Origin: Phoronis australis | Lineage: Eukaryota; Animalia; Phoronida | DNA: 64,000 bases | Reading direction: 5' to 3' | NCBI GenBank assembly: GCA_002633005.1 | Contig: NMRA01000003.1 | Location: 1,540,503-1,604,502, forward strand | Shown here: positions 9,701 to 18,952 of the stretch, in pieces | Position numbering within the stretch: the stretch's first letter is position 1 | Layout of the letters: the number at the start of each line of letters is the position of its first letter | Translations under genes and position numbers: made by a program | Notes under the pieces: generated by a model | Seen by the model: the letters and a program-made list of their open reading frames with translations, nothing else | Database searches by the model: none | Told to the model about the DNA's origin: nothing

Positions 9701-12700
9701 AATCACTCAGAAACTCATAATTCTCTCTTTCTCAAGCCTTAACTTAAGACCATTTCCAAAGCAATCCCGTCGTTATTGCCAACACGAAAAACGGATTTGG
9801 TCTTTTGGGCATTTGAAGACTATTTTGAAGTGTACACAACATGACTCTAGTATCTCAAAATATATTTTATTATTATATCTTACTTGATTTCAGTACCTTT
9901 AGTGCACAGCTCATAAAGAAACACGCAAAAATTGAAGAAAATGATAATTATGTACAATGTCATGGGTTGAACCCAAGTCGTTCGCCATACTGTTCGGATC
10001 AGAGACAAAGTGTATAGAGTGAAGAGAAAGAAAGTACATTTAGCGTCGAGAAGGTTCGTAGAGGGATCAAAAGATGTGTTTCCGGAGGCTGCAGCAACAG
10101 CAGTCAGGCGGAGAACGTCTCGGTGTTCCGGAGGACACCAAAGTTGCGCAGAAGTGGCATCGCTTCGTGCGCCGAACGAGAGTGTGGGACGTCATCGTGG
10201 ACCAAGCGATTCGGTCCGGGGCCACTCTGTGTTCTGCCCACTTTGAGGACACGTGTTTCGATTCCAGTCACAGGAGACGTTACGATGAAGGCCAGGTTCA
10301 ATAAAGGACATTATTTGTCATTCAGAAACATCAGCTCTTAATTCTGTCTGTGATGACTGGGTTGACTCGCTGAGCCCGAGGCCGCTTCTCTCGCGGGAGG
10401 ATTTAGTTCGTAAGGCTCAAAGTAGAAAAGTACGCAGCCGGAAGCTCATTAAACTTGTTCTTGCTGTCGTGCAACCCCATTTCCTCATCCTGGCCACCAT
10501 TGCCGTACGTTTCTTCATAGTATTTGTTCAATTCTTGCTCATAATCGTCGTCGCTTTCAAATTCCCTGCTCTCCGCTATTGTTCAATGCTAGTCACTCGC
10601 TGGTTCCCCGCGTGCTTAGCCCAGCCAGCACGCAGGCATCACGCAGTGGCACGCGCTTTAGCATTGGTCCTCGATGTAACCTCGGCAGTCATTGGTTAGC
10701 TTTACAACAACGTGAAAAAATGGCGGGCTGTGAACGATTTTTAGCCTTGTCATGCAAGTGGCGCCGCAGAAACTATTTCGTTTCTGCAGTGATGTTTAAT
10801 AGCCGGGTGCTTGAAGTACATACATGTACAATAAACACATATCTGGCCGATTTAACCGGTGTGTTATTCATACTGTATGAATACAGGACACTATCGTAAA
10901 CAAAAGTCGTCGACAGTAGAAAGATGCATCCCGAAAAGGCGCAATTTACAATTTCTAGGCTTCACATTTCCTGAACATAAATTTTAAGCACCAGATTTGT
11001 CTGCACAACAGACCCCATTTACACTTCAGTCCATCAGTCATACCAGTTTGTTTGCGTAAAGCGCTGCCTGTTGAGAATTTGACTAGCCAATTTGAAACGC
11101 CGGTGTAAAAAAATTTACCGAGGAAAATTAAGTGATACCTGCGTGCTGGCGCGGCTACCGCCCCACCTAGCGGCACGCAGGGAAGCAGCGAGTGCTAGTC
11201 ACTGATCTCTTGTGTTCAACCCATGACGTCACAAGGCGGCAAATGTGAAAATTGGCAAAATTGAAAGAAAAATCAAAATTTCGAGCTAATTACACAAAAT
11301 AAACATGGGTCTAGCTAAATTTTACGTCATACATTTAGTCTGTGGCCACCGGTAATTCAAAATGTGCAAAAATCCATGGTGTGTACTGTTTAAATACAAA
11401 AAATTTGTTAAGAACCGATTGCACAAAATATAAGCTAAGTCGTGGTGGTGTAGTGGTAAAGCACGCGCGCTCTATCCGTCAGGTCGTGAGTTCGAGTCTC
11501 TGGTACTTGTAGGTTTTCGGCCTGTACGACACGTTCGCCGTGTTTTTGTTTTGCCTGTTTTTCTTGGATAATACTTCAGAAACCAAGGAAAATGCTTGAT
11601 TTTTAGAGGAAAAAACAGAAAAATTTCCTGGGTGGGAGGGGAGCCCCCCTCCCGACCTCCCCCCATTCGGTGCTATGCGCATCTACAATCGTGGTTTGCG
11701 CAAATGCTTACAGCCGGACAAAATGTTGGCCCCCCTTGTGATATCCTAGATCCGCCACTGTTAGGCCATACATTTTTAAGTACGTAAGCAAGAATTTAAA
11801 TGAAATCTGGTCTGATCAATTCCGTAGACCAAGTTTCTGGCTAAAAAAGCAAAATCACGCAAGTCTTCGCGTGATTACGCCGTGCATTACAATCAAAGCT
11901 AGTGACCCCACCGTAGATACTTTGCATTCTACAACAGTCTAAGATCACACTTACTAGCTTGTCTTGCGCGTGTCTTAGGTCTACAGCATTTATTTAACTC
12001 AAGGTTACAAAGGATGCGAACTTACGGCCTTGGTCGTCTACTCGTCAATTCCTCCAGTCTGACGAAAGGATCGTTTCGTATTTTTTGTACAACGCTTAAC
12101 GGGAGCGGGTGCTAAAAATAAATAGGGTTTAATCGAAATCAGCGAAACCGTTCTGTTGAGTACTGCTTACAAGCTATACATTTTTTAACATAAATAGTTT
12201 TCAGATGCAGTTGGTGCATGTGTCAAAACTAAATTTATCATTTTGTAACAAATATAATCATGCTCTAGCTTGTATTGATTTCCAACTCACCTTTGTATGA
12301 AGGTCTCGACTTCTGAGGTTCCTCACTGAACACAGGATGACGTAAATGAAATTCAGCTCTTTTCGAAATAATACCTTTGTACGTTCCACCATCCTATTTC
12401 CGAACAGTAACGACATAATTAATGCAAAATATTGACAAAGTGCATCTTTTGTGTCAACGATAAAGTGATGGACTAACCATAACCTTTGGCAAACTTGATT
12501 CTTTTATGAATTATGTCGCCTGTAAGTGGAGGACAGTGCAGTAACAACAGTGGGTGACATTATTTCCCATCGCATCGCCTGTCCACTGAGTGGAGGTGTC
12601 ATGAGACAATTATGTGGCACCAGGGATGCGTTCCGTAGGCCGCAAGACATTAGGTTGCGCTTGCGGCGAAATTTTTTTTGCGATGAATTCAGTAACATAA

Positions 12701-15700
12701 TTCGACATCCTAGTTTCACCGAATAATCACTTCAGTTGTTGACATTTTGGTAGGATAGGCTAGTTAGGTCCCGAGTATACTGGCGAAATATTCACCTTTC
12801 ACTCTCGTGATTTTGCGAGGTCTTGCTTTTCTGGCAAGTAACTTGGTCCACGGAACGCTCTTCAGATAAAGGCTCCGCCATACTATAAGGAATTAGCTCA
12901 CCGGATGTCCGCGTAAATGATATTTTACTCGTTAAATATATTTATGTGAGAATATGTACTCGTTCCACTTATACCCCCATCTTTCGGACTGGTCCATTAA
13001 CCCCTTGTGTAGATTCGCATGCGGTCCTCCTGCACTTGAGGCACTAGGACATTCCATTTCCAGCCTCACTATTGGTTCGTTTGTGTTACTGTCACGAGTT
13101 TGGTCAGCTCCTGGCTCCCATAGGCTGATGATTGTCACGTGTCATAGGGCTTCTTTGTTCTCAGTAAAGTTATATTTCCTGCCATCAGTACTTCCCTTTG
13201 AGCATCACTTAGGTTTGAGTCTAATCTCTCTTCATTTTTTCGCGTTATTGCCCATCTTTCCAGAAATTATTTTATCTTCATGTTATTTCTACACTCATAT
13301 TTCTGTATCTTATCAGTCATAATAAATGATCTTATATCGCCTATATACACAGGCTCGTTTGTATCTCTGCAAACGGAGCTTGCGACGCACCTATTATTTT
13401 CGGGACATATTCCGAACACAAATGAAATTTTTGGTATTCGATGACATACGCTGAAATTGTCACTGATTTTCCTGCTTGTGCAGCTTGTAGATTTATGTGT
13501 GTGAAGAAAACCCTAATTTTGGCATTTTGATACACCAACTGATAGCTAGGTTTTTGAAGTCTGTGGGTTCATTACTGTCAAGGAAATATAGGATCAATCT
13601 TGGGACAACCACTTCGTGAGTTACAGACGTGATCGCTGCGCCACGAGGATCCTGTTTTTTTATCATTGTTTTAGTGTAGATATGCTAGCGCCTATTGGTC
13701 GTTAGCCTGATCGTAGCTCAAACAGTAGTAGCGATGTGTTAGCGAAGGCGTCGCTTCCCGAGTCCAGTGGGAAACGACTGCTACTGATCACCTAAACGTG
13801 ATCGAAGGTCATGTTAGAATTTAACGCCAACCTTCATAAAGCATTGTATTGTTCGCTACGGTGGACCCTAAAAATTGGCTAAGTTCACAACGTCATATCT
13901 CAGAAATCGCTAGAATCCGAGAAGTTCTTGTAATTATGGTATATAACCAGTGCTTCATGGGAAATCAGTTGCCATCCAGAACTCCAGAAGCATAAGTTCC
14001 ACCTGCTGTAGAATTCATGGGGAACCAAACGTCAGTAGAGTGGAAATGTGCATTGGGACACGACAAGACTTCGTTGACGTACGCATCTGTGGTTGGATGA
14101 AACGTCTTAAGACGCAAAAAACGCAATAAAAATTATCTCGTAAGGAGACTTAGACAACTAAATTGTTAAATTGACGAATAATCTTGTAACAGTAGAAGAG
14201 ATACCATGTTGTCAAAATTTATTACATCTTTTGCAATTAATTTTTTTAAATATGTGAATAATATTAAAATGCTTCCCCAAATACGTGCAGTTTCGAACTC
14301 CCATTTGTAGGGAGATAAATCGGAAAAGGAGCTCTTCATGAGGAAACCATTTTAGTTTAGGCACTCTTTTGTGGGGAAGTTGGTCAGTTGTGAAAAAGTC
14401 ACCATTCTGAGCGACTTATTGTAACCCTCTCCTGTATGGGAGTATCCCCCGGGACTGCAAAGTATACCCCCATCAAAGCTTCCACGAGGTGTACGTTGAA
14501 CCGATGGCAAAGTGAAGAACACTGATTCAAGCTTGGGTTAAGAGGCTGTCTGTACCAAGGGCATTGTTTGGTGATCTTAAGACCAACTCTTTGAGGAATC
14601 TCGTCGAATGTGTCAACGTCATCCTCATGAAATTGACAAACTCAATCTGATTTTCGTTGGTGATGATAAACTCAATGCTCAGTACGCAGGGCCTGGTCCA
14701 AAACTTGTGTCCTCGATGCCTTTGACTTTTTTTGCCCTGTATATTAGCATTCAAGGCAACTTCGTGTAAAGTAAAAATGCATTGTTCCTGAAACCTCTCT
14801 AAACATTCCGAGTCTCTCTACTGACGATGTAAAACCGACGGTGATAAGCGAAAAGTGAATCTATTAGGTTATGCAGCACAATAGCATGCTACGTACGTCC
14901 TCGTTGAAAGGCAGAGTTTTGCAATTTATTTTGCGTTTGTTTCTTAAATTAGTCATAGTGTGATGGGGCCTTTTAAAGTAAAGGTCTTGACCGCTACCAG
15001 TTCATGCCAATGTTGTTGATCATAAATGCGATCACACATTGCGGGAATATATATTTCTCCCTTTCGAATGTTCCTCGTGTGTGAGAAAAATACTACCACC
15101 GGCCAAAACAATGGGTCCAGATGATCTATTAACGCTGTCAAAAAGTTTCAAATGCACTTCAAAAATCTCGAAATTTGACATACGAAGAACTTTCAATCTC
15201 ATACCGCCTCCAGTGAGACCGCCTGACCTTTGAGACCGTCTGACCAGTGAGATCGCCTGACTGGTGAGATCGTCTGACCGGTGAGACCGTCTGACCAGTG
15301 AGACCGTTTGACTATAGAGACCGTCTGAACAGTGAGATTGTATGACCGCTGAGACTGTCTCACCAGTGAGATTGTAACACCAGTGAGGTTGTCTGACCGC
15401 TCTAACCTGAGGTGTGCCTCCTTTTCCTCGGTGTCTATTTCTAAGATCTGTTTACATAAGGGTTTCCCAAGGCTGGCGTTATTGAGCCTCATACCACATT
15501 TTTCTTGACTTGTCTTTGCTTCTTTTGCTCGGCGAATCTTAGCCTACAGACGTATAAAAACGCAAATTGGATTGCAGTCAATAGTCTTAAGTTAATGGCT
15601 TTTTGATGAAAAGGAATTTCACCTGGGCTGAGGTGCGTAAATGTCAAAATTTATTCGCAGGATAGTTTGCATTGTCTCATACCGCATGATTAAACGACGT

Positions 15701-18700
15701 CATTGCTGTTACCCAGTGTATAACTTCTATGCATCTAGACTCAGAAGTATTGTTCTTGGTGAACAACTTCAAATTAAAAGCAAAGGAAAGTGGGATGTAC
15801 ATATGGATTATTTAAACAGTGTTTTTTTCCCGTGTGTTTCACCATACATTACCTGAAACTTTCGCACGATGTCGGCATAGGACTGTCCGCCAAACAAAGC
15901 TGCTAGGTGCCTTTTAGACTCCCGTAGTCTGTCGAAGACAAGGTTTCGTCCAGCATGTCTCGTTGTCCGCAGTTGGTTTAGCGTCATCTTCGTTCCACTT
16001 TCTGTCTCATAAAACTGAAATATCAAACACAAGGGAGCCTTTAACACAAGCGTGGTCCAACAGGTTTTCGGATATACTTCAAGGGATTGCGCCAGAAATC
16101 CAGTTGAAATGTTGGTCTAAGATAGCTTGCATCTTCACATATCGACTAGCATTTTATACACTTTGATACCCTCATTTTCCCAAGAACGTTGATAAAGACG
16201 TCATTACCACGACCTCCTCTCCGGAATCGTTCAAACCTTTGTCGCGACTGTCGGTGGGCGAAGGACCGTCGAGTTTGAAAAGTTCATTCAACGCTTCCTT
16301 ACACCTAGGATCCTGAAAGAAAACGTTTGTCTAAGGAGGACGGGAGATTTATTCGAAAATTTCAAAATAACGAAATAATTCTCATTATTTCAAGAGAATA
16401 CGTCGAACGTTTAAGAGATAATGAGGATTTTTGACAAGAAATCTACGAAGGCATCAGTTTTTTAGAAACATCATATGATGTGGTAATATTTTGCTTGTGA
16501 AACGCAAGGGAGGGAGTAAGATTTGTCGAAAAAATAACTCTGTGATCATATACATGCATATTCCAAATGACTAGCGTTATGCCTCATCTAAACTTTAATC
16601 TGGTAACCTTCTTCCGAGTTCTACGTCAACATTTCAAACACTTTGCAGCACTCTTTGGCAACAGCAATTGGGTGACCGTTCCCTCGACGCCATTCATTTG
16701 CAAAAACGCAAAACCACGCAAGTCTTCCAGAGATGTCGCCATGCATTACAAACGAAGCACGTTCTACGGAACTCAACCCAGTTGTATAATAATAGCTGCA
16801 GCGTCAATTTGCCCCTAACCTACGTACAGAGTGTGAGATCATGGTATCTTTAAGGTTGTTCCACATAAGGTCCTTCGCTTCTAGTACCACATCTCCAACA
16901 GTCTTGAAAGGTGCCAAGTTGCTGGACCAAAACCCGCACCCAAGGTGGTCCTGTCGCCTACCATATTTTTCATAGAACGCGTCATCTTTATTGGTTTCTG
17001 TATAGTGTGTCGAGGTGCGTCTCTCCACCTTGACCGGTGTGTATTTTTCTGAATGTCAAACCAGAGGTCTATGTGAAAGACGAAATTTGAAAGATGTAAA
17101 ACACTTAGGGAACATTTTCTAGAGTTGCTCTTTGGATATCATTAAAATTATATTTTGTGATAAGCATTTTGTAGTCGGAGACACACTGGCAACTTACCTC
17201 TTGGAGGTCGGTATTTTGACTTGAAAAACCGAATGACGTCACCATCTGACACCTTTTTACTTGTTATTCTGTAAAATGTGTTTTTAAAGTCTAATGAAAT
17301 AAAAAATAATATTTCACAAACAGAATATGGTGTATAGAATCGAAATCGATTTAAGTACTCAATAATTATGTAATTTATTTCGTTTCACGAAAAGGTTTAA
17401 CATTCCCGTCAGTTTTATTTTACGCATTCGAATTGTTAGCATACCCTGAACTTTCTTTCTCATCCGTGAAAATGTCGCCATAGCTCAGTCGTGACTTTCG
17501 GGGACCTAATGATTGACACCCCAGTTTCTGCGTCACCATTTTCCTGCAACACAGCAAAGTGTTTTCAATAATAAGGTTTACTTCTTCCCTCAAAAAGTGA
17601 AATGAGCCCGTCTCGTAAAAAATGAAATTTAGATCGACTGTATTTTGTGACTGTAGTAGGTGTCATCGGTAAACGAAACGATAAAAAGAACGTTCCTCAG
17701 CATGCACTTAGCAATGTGACGTCAGAGTAGGAATACCTCGGTGACCAGTCTTCCTTTTCTATTATAATTTCATCAGGACACAATAGCAAATTCAAAACTT
17801 TACAAGTACTATCAATGAATTGGTAAATGACGGTAGAGTTATCAACGATTTCCAGATGTCGCGATTCACGAATGTAAATTTTTGATTATTGTTTTGTATT
17901 CTCAATGTTCTCAGACTCACTAGAACACTGGTGCACAAATGAAAAGAATAAATAAGCCTCGTTGCAAGTGTCGCTCGTAGGGAACAAACAAGGCGTGGTT
18001 TAACTTACAATGTCATGGCCCCGGTGTTCTTGTCATATGTGTACTGTTTTATCATCTTATGCATCTTGAGTAGTCCTACAAGAGACGCAACGGAGTCAGT
18101 CGTCTCGCTCTCGTCTTTTGAAGACATGTTTTCGTGGTACAGTTAACACAGGTGGACAAACGTGTATATGGCTTGAGTGCTGTTAAAGTTTTATTTTAGG
18201 AGCAACCATGCAGTTATCAGTTACGCTACAGTGACGACTAACTTTGTCTCCTATTTCTGAATGCCGAAAATCGAGCCCTGTTCGTCCCATGCCATAAAAT
18301 GCAATCGAATAGTTCAGCACATATTATTCCTAATAATCTATGCCTTTCGTTTTCGAATACGGTAAATGAGACTGGTAAGAATTTTTGCATTGCTACTATA
18401 ATTTGAAAGTTTCAATCCAGTTTAATACTTACTGTGTGGTGTCCTTCCTATAATGAATTACGAATAACGAACACTTAGCTTTCGCTTAATTTTACTCTCA
18501 TTGAAAATGACGTAAATAATAAAGTACGTTATGTGTTTGTTGTGTAACGAAGCCTTGTTCTTCCGTTTTAGAGCGCGTTTCCAATTTGTCTTTAAAAGTT
18601 ATTTTATCCATACCCGTTTTGCGTATATTGGTGTCCTTCCAACCAAGATCGGCAATACGGTAAAAAACACTGCCTAGTCCGCCACCACATCCGTCTGTCA

Positions 18701-18718
18701 CAAGTAGGGTTGCATGGG
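773..18718 (-). CDS. Spliced uncharacterised protein-coding gene (>=19 coding exons, ~545 aa in resolved part, basic/Ser-Arg-rich C-terminal half); 5' end unresolved
   Basis: Exons with canonical AG/GT ends whose phases chain without stops: 18694(or 18718)-18614, 18075-18009, 17543-17445, 17268-17198, 17048-16828, 16312-16208, 16014-15853, 15543-15407, 12058-12026, 8007-7795, 7600-7589, 7397-7281, 7073-7008, 6672-6649, 4702-4670, 3672-3640, 1285-1253, 992-876, 788-773 (TAA). No family recognised. Confidence 0.75.
876..992 (-). CDS. 117-nt symmetric exon (KRQLDMKKDVKKPIWSQLGEYQKEKMKVVVQLQQTHKT), phase 2-2
   Basis: atcgacag acceptor, gtaagt donor; phase 0 also open. Confidence 0.75.
1253..1285 (-). 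CDS. 33-nt micro-exon (HSREVCSGGAN), phase 2-2
   Basis: tatttcttgcag acceptor, gtaagt donor. Confidence 0.7.
2108..2277. mobile_element. Palindromic (foldback) MITE; half copy at ~2822-2898
   Basis: ~80-bp arms tcgcaaacattt..aagatttc / gaaatctttt..tgtttgcga are reverse complements. Confidence 0.75.
3341..3604. repeat. 23-bp minisatellite (gagatatcgcctacaggcgtatt)
   Basis: ~11 units; unit contains GATATC and CGCCT..AGGCG palindromes. Confidence 0.9.
3640..3672 (-). CDS. 33-nt micro-exon (QSRLGSCLASK), phase 2-2
   Basis: ctgattttatttttag acceptor, gtaagt donor. Confidence 0.75.
4670..4702 (-). CDS. 33-nt micro-exon (TSKISNNLSSK), phase 2-2
   Basis: gtttgttgtag acceptor, gtaagt donor. Confidence 0.7.
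5880..6648. repeat. Degenerate 27-bp minisatellite (tgttattatcgcctcacttactttgct)
   Basis: >20 units, interrupted by a MITE at 6318-6475. Confidence 0.9.
6318..6475. mobile_element. Small hAT5-like MITE with 5-bp TSD
   Basis: Ends gagtggctgatttag / ctggatccgcccttg; TSD atctc at 6313-6317 and 6476-6480. Confidence 0.75.
6649..6672 (-). CDS. 24-nt micro-exon (VSCHLEAK), phase 2-2
   Basis: aattttgtag acceptor, gtaagtga donor. Confidence 0.65.
7008..7073 (-). CDS. 66-nt symmetric exon (LCIFCLQRHPMRQPEVVNSVHG), phase 2-2
   Basis: ttgtctag acceptor, gtatgc donor. Confidence 0.65.
7281..7397 (-). CDS. 117-nt symmetric exon (RLPTDSGLLETWNDL...KKWTRR), phase 2-2
   Basis: cttcctattag acceptor, gtgagt donor; open only in phase 2. 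Confidence 0.8.
7589..7600 (-). CDS. 12-nt micro-exon (AMRL), phase 2-2
   Basis: ttcacttgtattcag|GGCCATGCGCTT|gtaagtga. Confidence 0.6.
7795..8007 (-). CDS. 213-nt symmetric exon (DLAFPRNHP...TGSVIR), phase 2-2
   Basis: ctaac branch + tctacctacatag acceptor, gtacaa donor; other two frames closed. Confidence 0.7.
10072..10304 (+). pseudogene. Frameshifted THAP zinc-finger domain (transposase N-terminus)
   Basis: RCVSGGCSN...[frameshift]..PEDTKVAQKW...LCSAHFEDTCF matches the THAP C2CH signature with conserved P, W, F. Confidence 0.8.
10594..11194. mobile_element. 601-bp non-autonomous DNA element with CAC..GTG ends and 5-bp TSD (Transib-like)
   Basis: 22-bp TIR CACTCGCTG(G/C)TTCCC(C/T)GCGTGC; TSD ctagt at 10589-10593 and 11195-11199. 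Confidence 0.7.
11439..11506 (+). other. tRNA-derived segment (Pol III A/B boxes) inside the hAT5-like element; also in copy B ~19150-19215 (-)
   Basis: A box TGGTGTAGTGGTAA, B box GTTCGAGTC; no intact cloverleaf. Confidence 0.6.
12026..12058 (-). CDS. 33-nt micro-exon (LEELTSRRPR), phase 2-2
   Basis: cctttcgtcag acceptor, gtaagt donor; open only in phase 2. Confidence 0.6.
14524..14972 (-). mobile_element. PIF/Harbinger relic: transposase N-terminal fragment plus one terminus
   Basis: KFWTRP...FVNFMRM[fs]DVDTFDEIPQRVGLKITKQCPWYRQPLNPSL resembles Harbinger transposase N-terminus; terminus aggccccatcacac near 14972. Confidence 0.75.
15209..15399. repeat. 17-bp minisatellite (tgagaccgtctgaccag)
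   Basis: ~11 units directly adjacent to donor at 15406. Confidence 0.9.
15407..15543 (-). CDS. Coding exon (AKIRRAKEAK...EEKEAHL), phase 0-2
   Basis: gtctgtag acceptor, gttaga donor, 137 nt; overlaps ORF 15199..15492. Confidence 0.8.
15853..16014 (-). CDS. Coding exon (FYETESGTKMTL...YADIVRKFQ), phase 0-0
   Basis: atttcag acceptor, gtaatg donor, 162 nt; overlaps ORF 15808..16047. Confidence 0.85.
16208..16312 (-). CDS. Coding exon (DPRCKEALNELFKLDGPSPTDSRDKGLNDSGEEVV), phase 0-0
   Basis: tctttcag acceptor, gtaatg donor, 105 nt. Confidence 0.8.
16828..17048 (-). CDS. Coding exon (KYTPVKVERR...WNNLKDTMISHS), phase 1-0
   Basis: acattcag acceptor, gtacgt donor, 221 nt; overlaps ORF 16804..17028. 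Confidence 0.85.
17198..17268 (-). CDS. Coding exon (ITSKKVSDGDVIRFFKSKYRPPRE), phase 2-1
   Basis: cattttacag acceptor, gtaagt donor, 71 nt. Confidence 0.85.
17445..17543 (-). CDS. Coding exon (KMVTQKLGCQSLGPRKSRLSYGDIFTDEKESSG), phase 2-2
   Basis: tgttgcag acceptor, gtatgc donor, 99 nt. Confidence 0.8.
18009..18075 (-). CDS. Coding exon (LLKMHKMIKQYTYDKNTGAMTL), phase 1-2
   Basis: tctcttgtag acceptor, gtaagt donor, 67 nt. Confidence 0.8.
18614..18694 (-). CDS. Coding exon (xGCGGGLGSVFYRIADLGWKDTNIRKTG), phase 1-1; alternative in-frame acceptor at 18718
   Basis: tgacag acceptor, gtatgg donor, 81 nt, open. Confidence 0.65.
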
Positions 18719-18952
18719 CTAAAACATAGTATTCACGGAAAAGTGTTTCTTAGCTTCTGCAAAAGTAACTCTCTGCATCTGATCGTTTTCAAAATGTTGC
18801 GTTGTTTGTCTTCGTAATCACCGGTAACCTGTGGACGAAAAATATAACGGAAAAGTTGCACGTCCCCGGCGGGTCAGAATACATTCGTTGACCGGTATTA
18901 GAGGATCGATTATCTACTGGCAACTCAGATCCGCTTCACGAAACTAAAATGC

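Larger units (their letters stand above)
9829..11389. mobile_element. Kolobok-like deletion derivative
   Basis: Inserted at a TTAA (TTGA/TTAA flanks; empty TTAA site in copy B); imperfect TIR AGTGTACACAACATG / ACAGTACACACCATG; subterminal inverted repeat ~9959 and ~11209; THAP relic. Confidence 0.7.
9286..11760 (+). mobile_element. hAT5-like non-autonomous element (copy A), split by insertion 9829-11389
   Basis: Ends tataggcggatttag / ctagatccgccactg; TSD ttagg (9281-9285, 11761-11765); colinear with inverted copy 18953-19896. Confidence 0.85.

Noticed and set aside
11439-11506. Functional tRNA gene
   Set aside because: Stems do not close properly, and it is a diverged part of a repeated transposon.
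12902-14088. Extra minus exons with internal stops suggesting TGA recoding or a pseudogene (DGN*FPM, KYI*RVK)
   Set aside because: They need phases incompatible with the stop-free chain; the gene model works without them.
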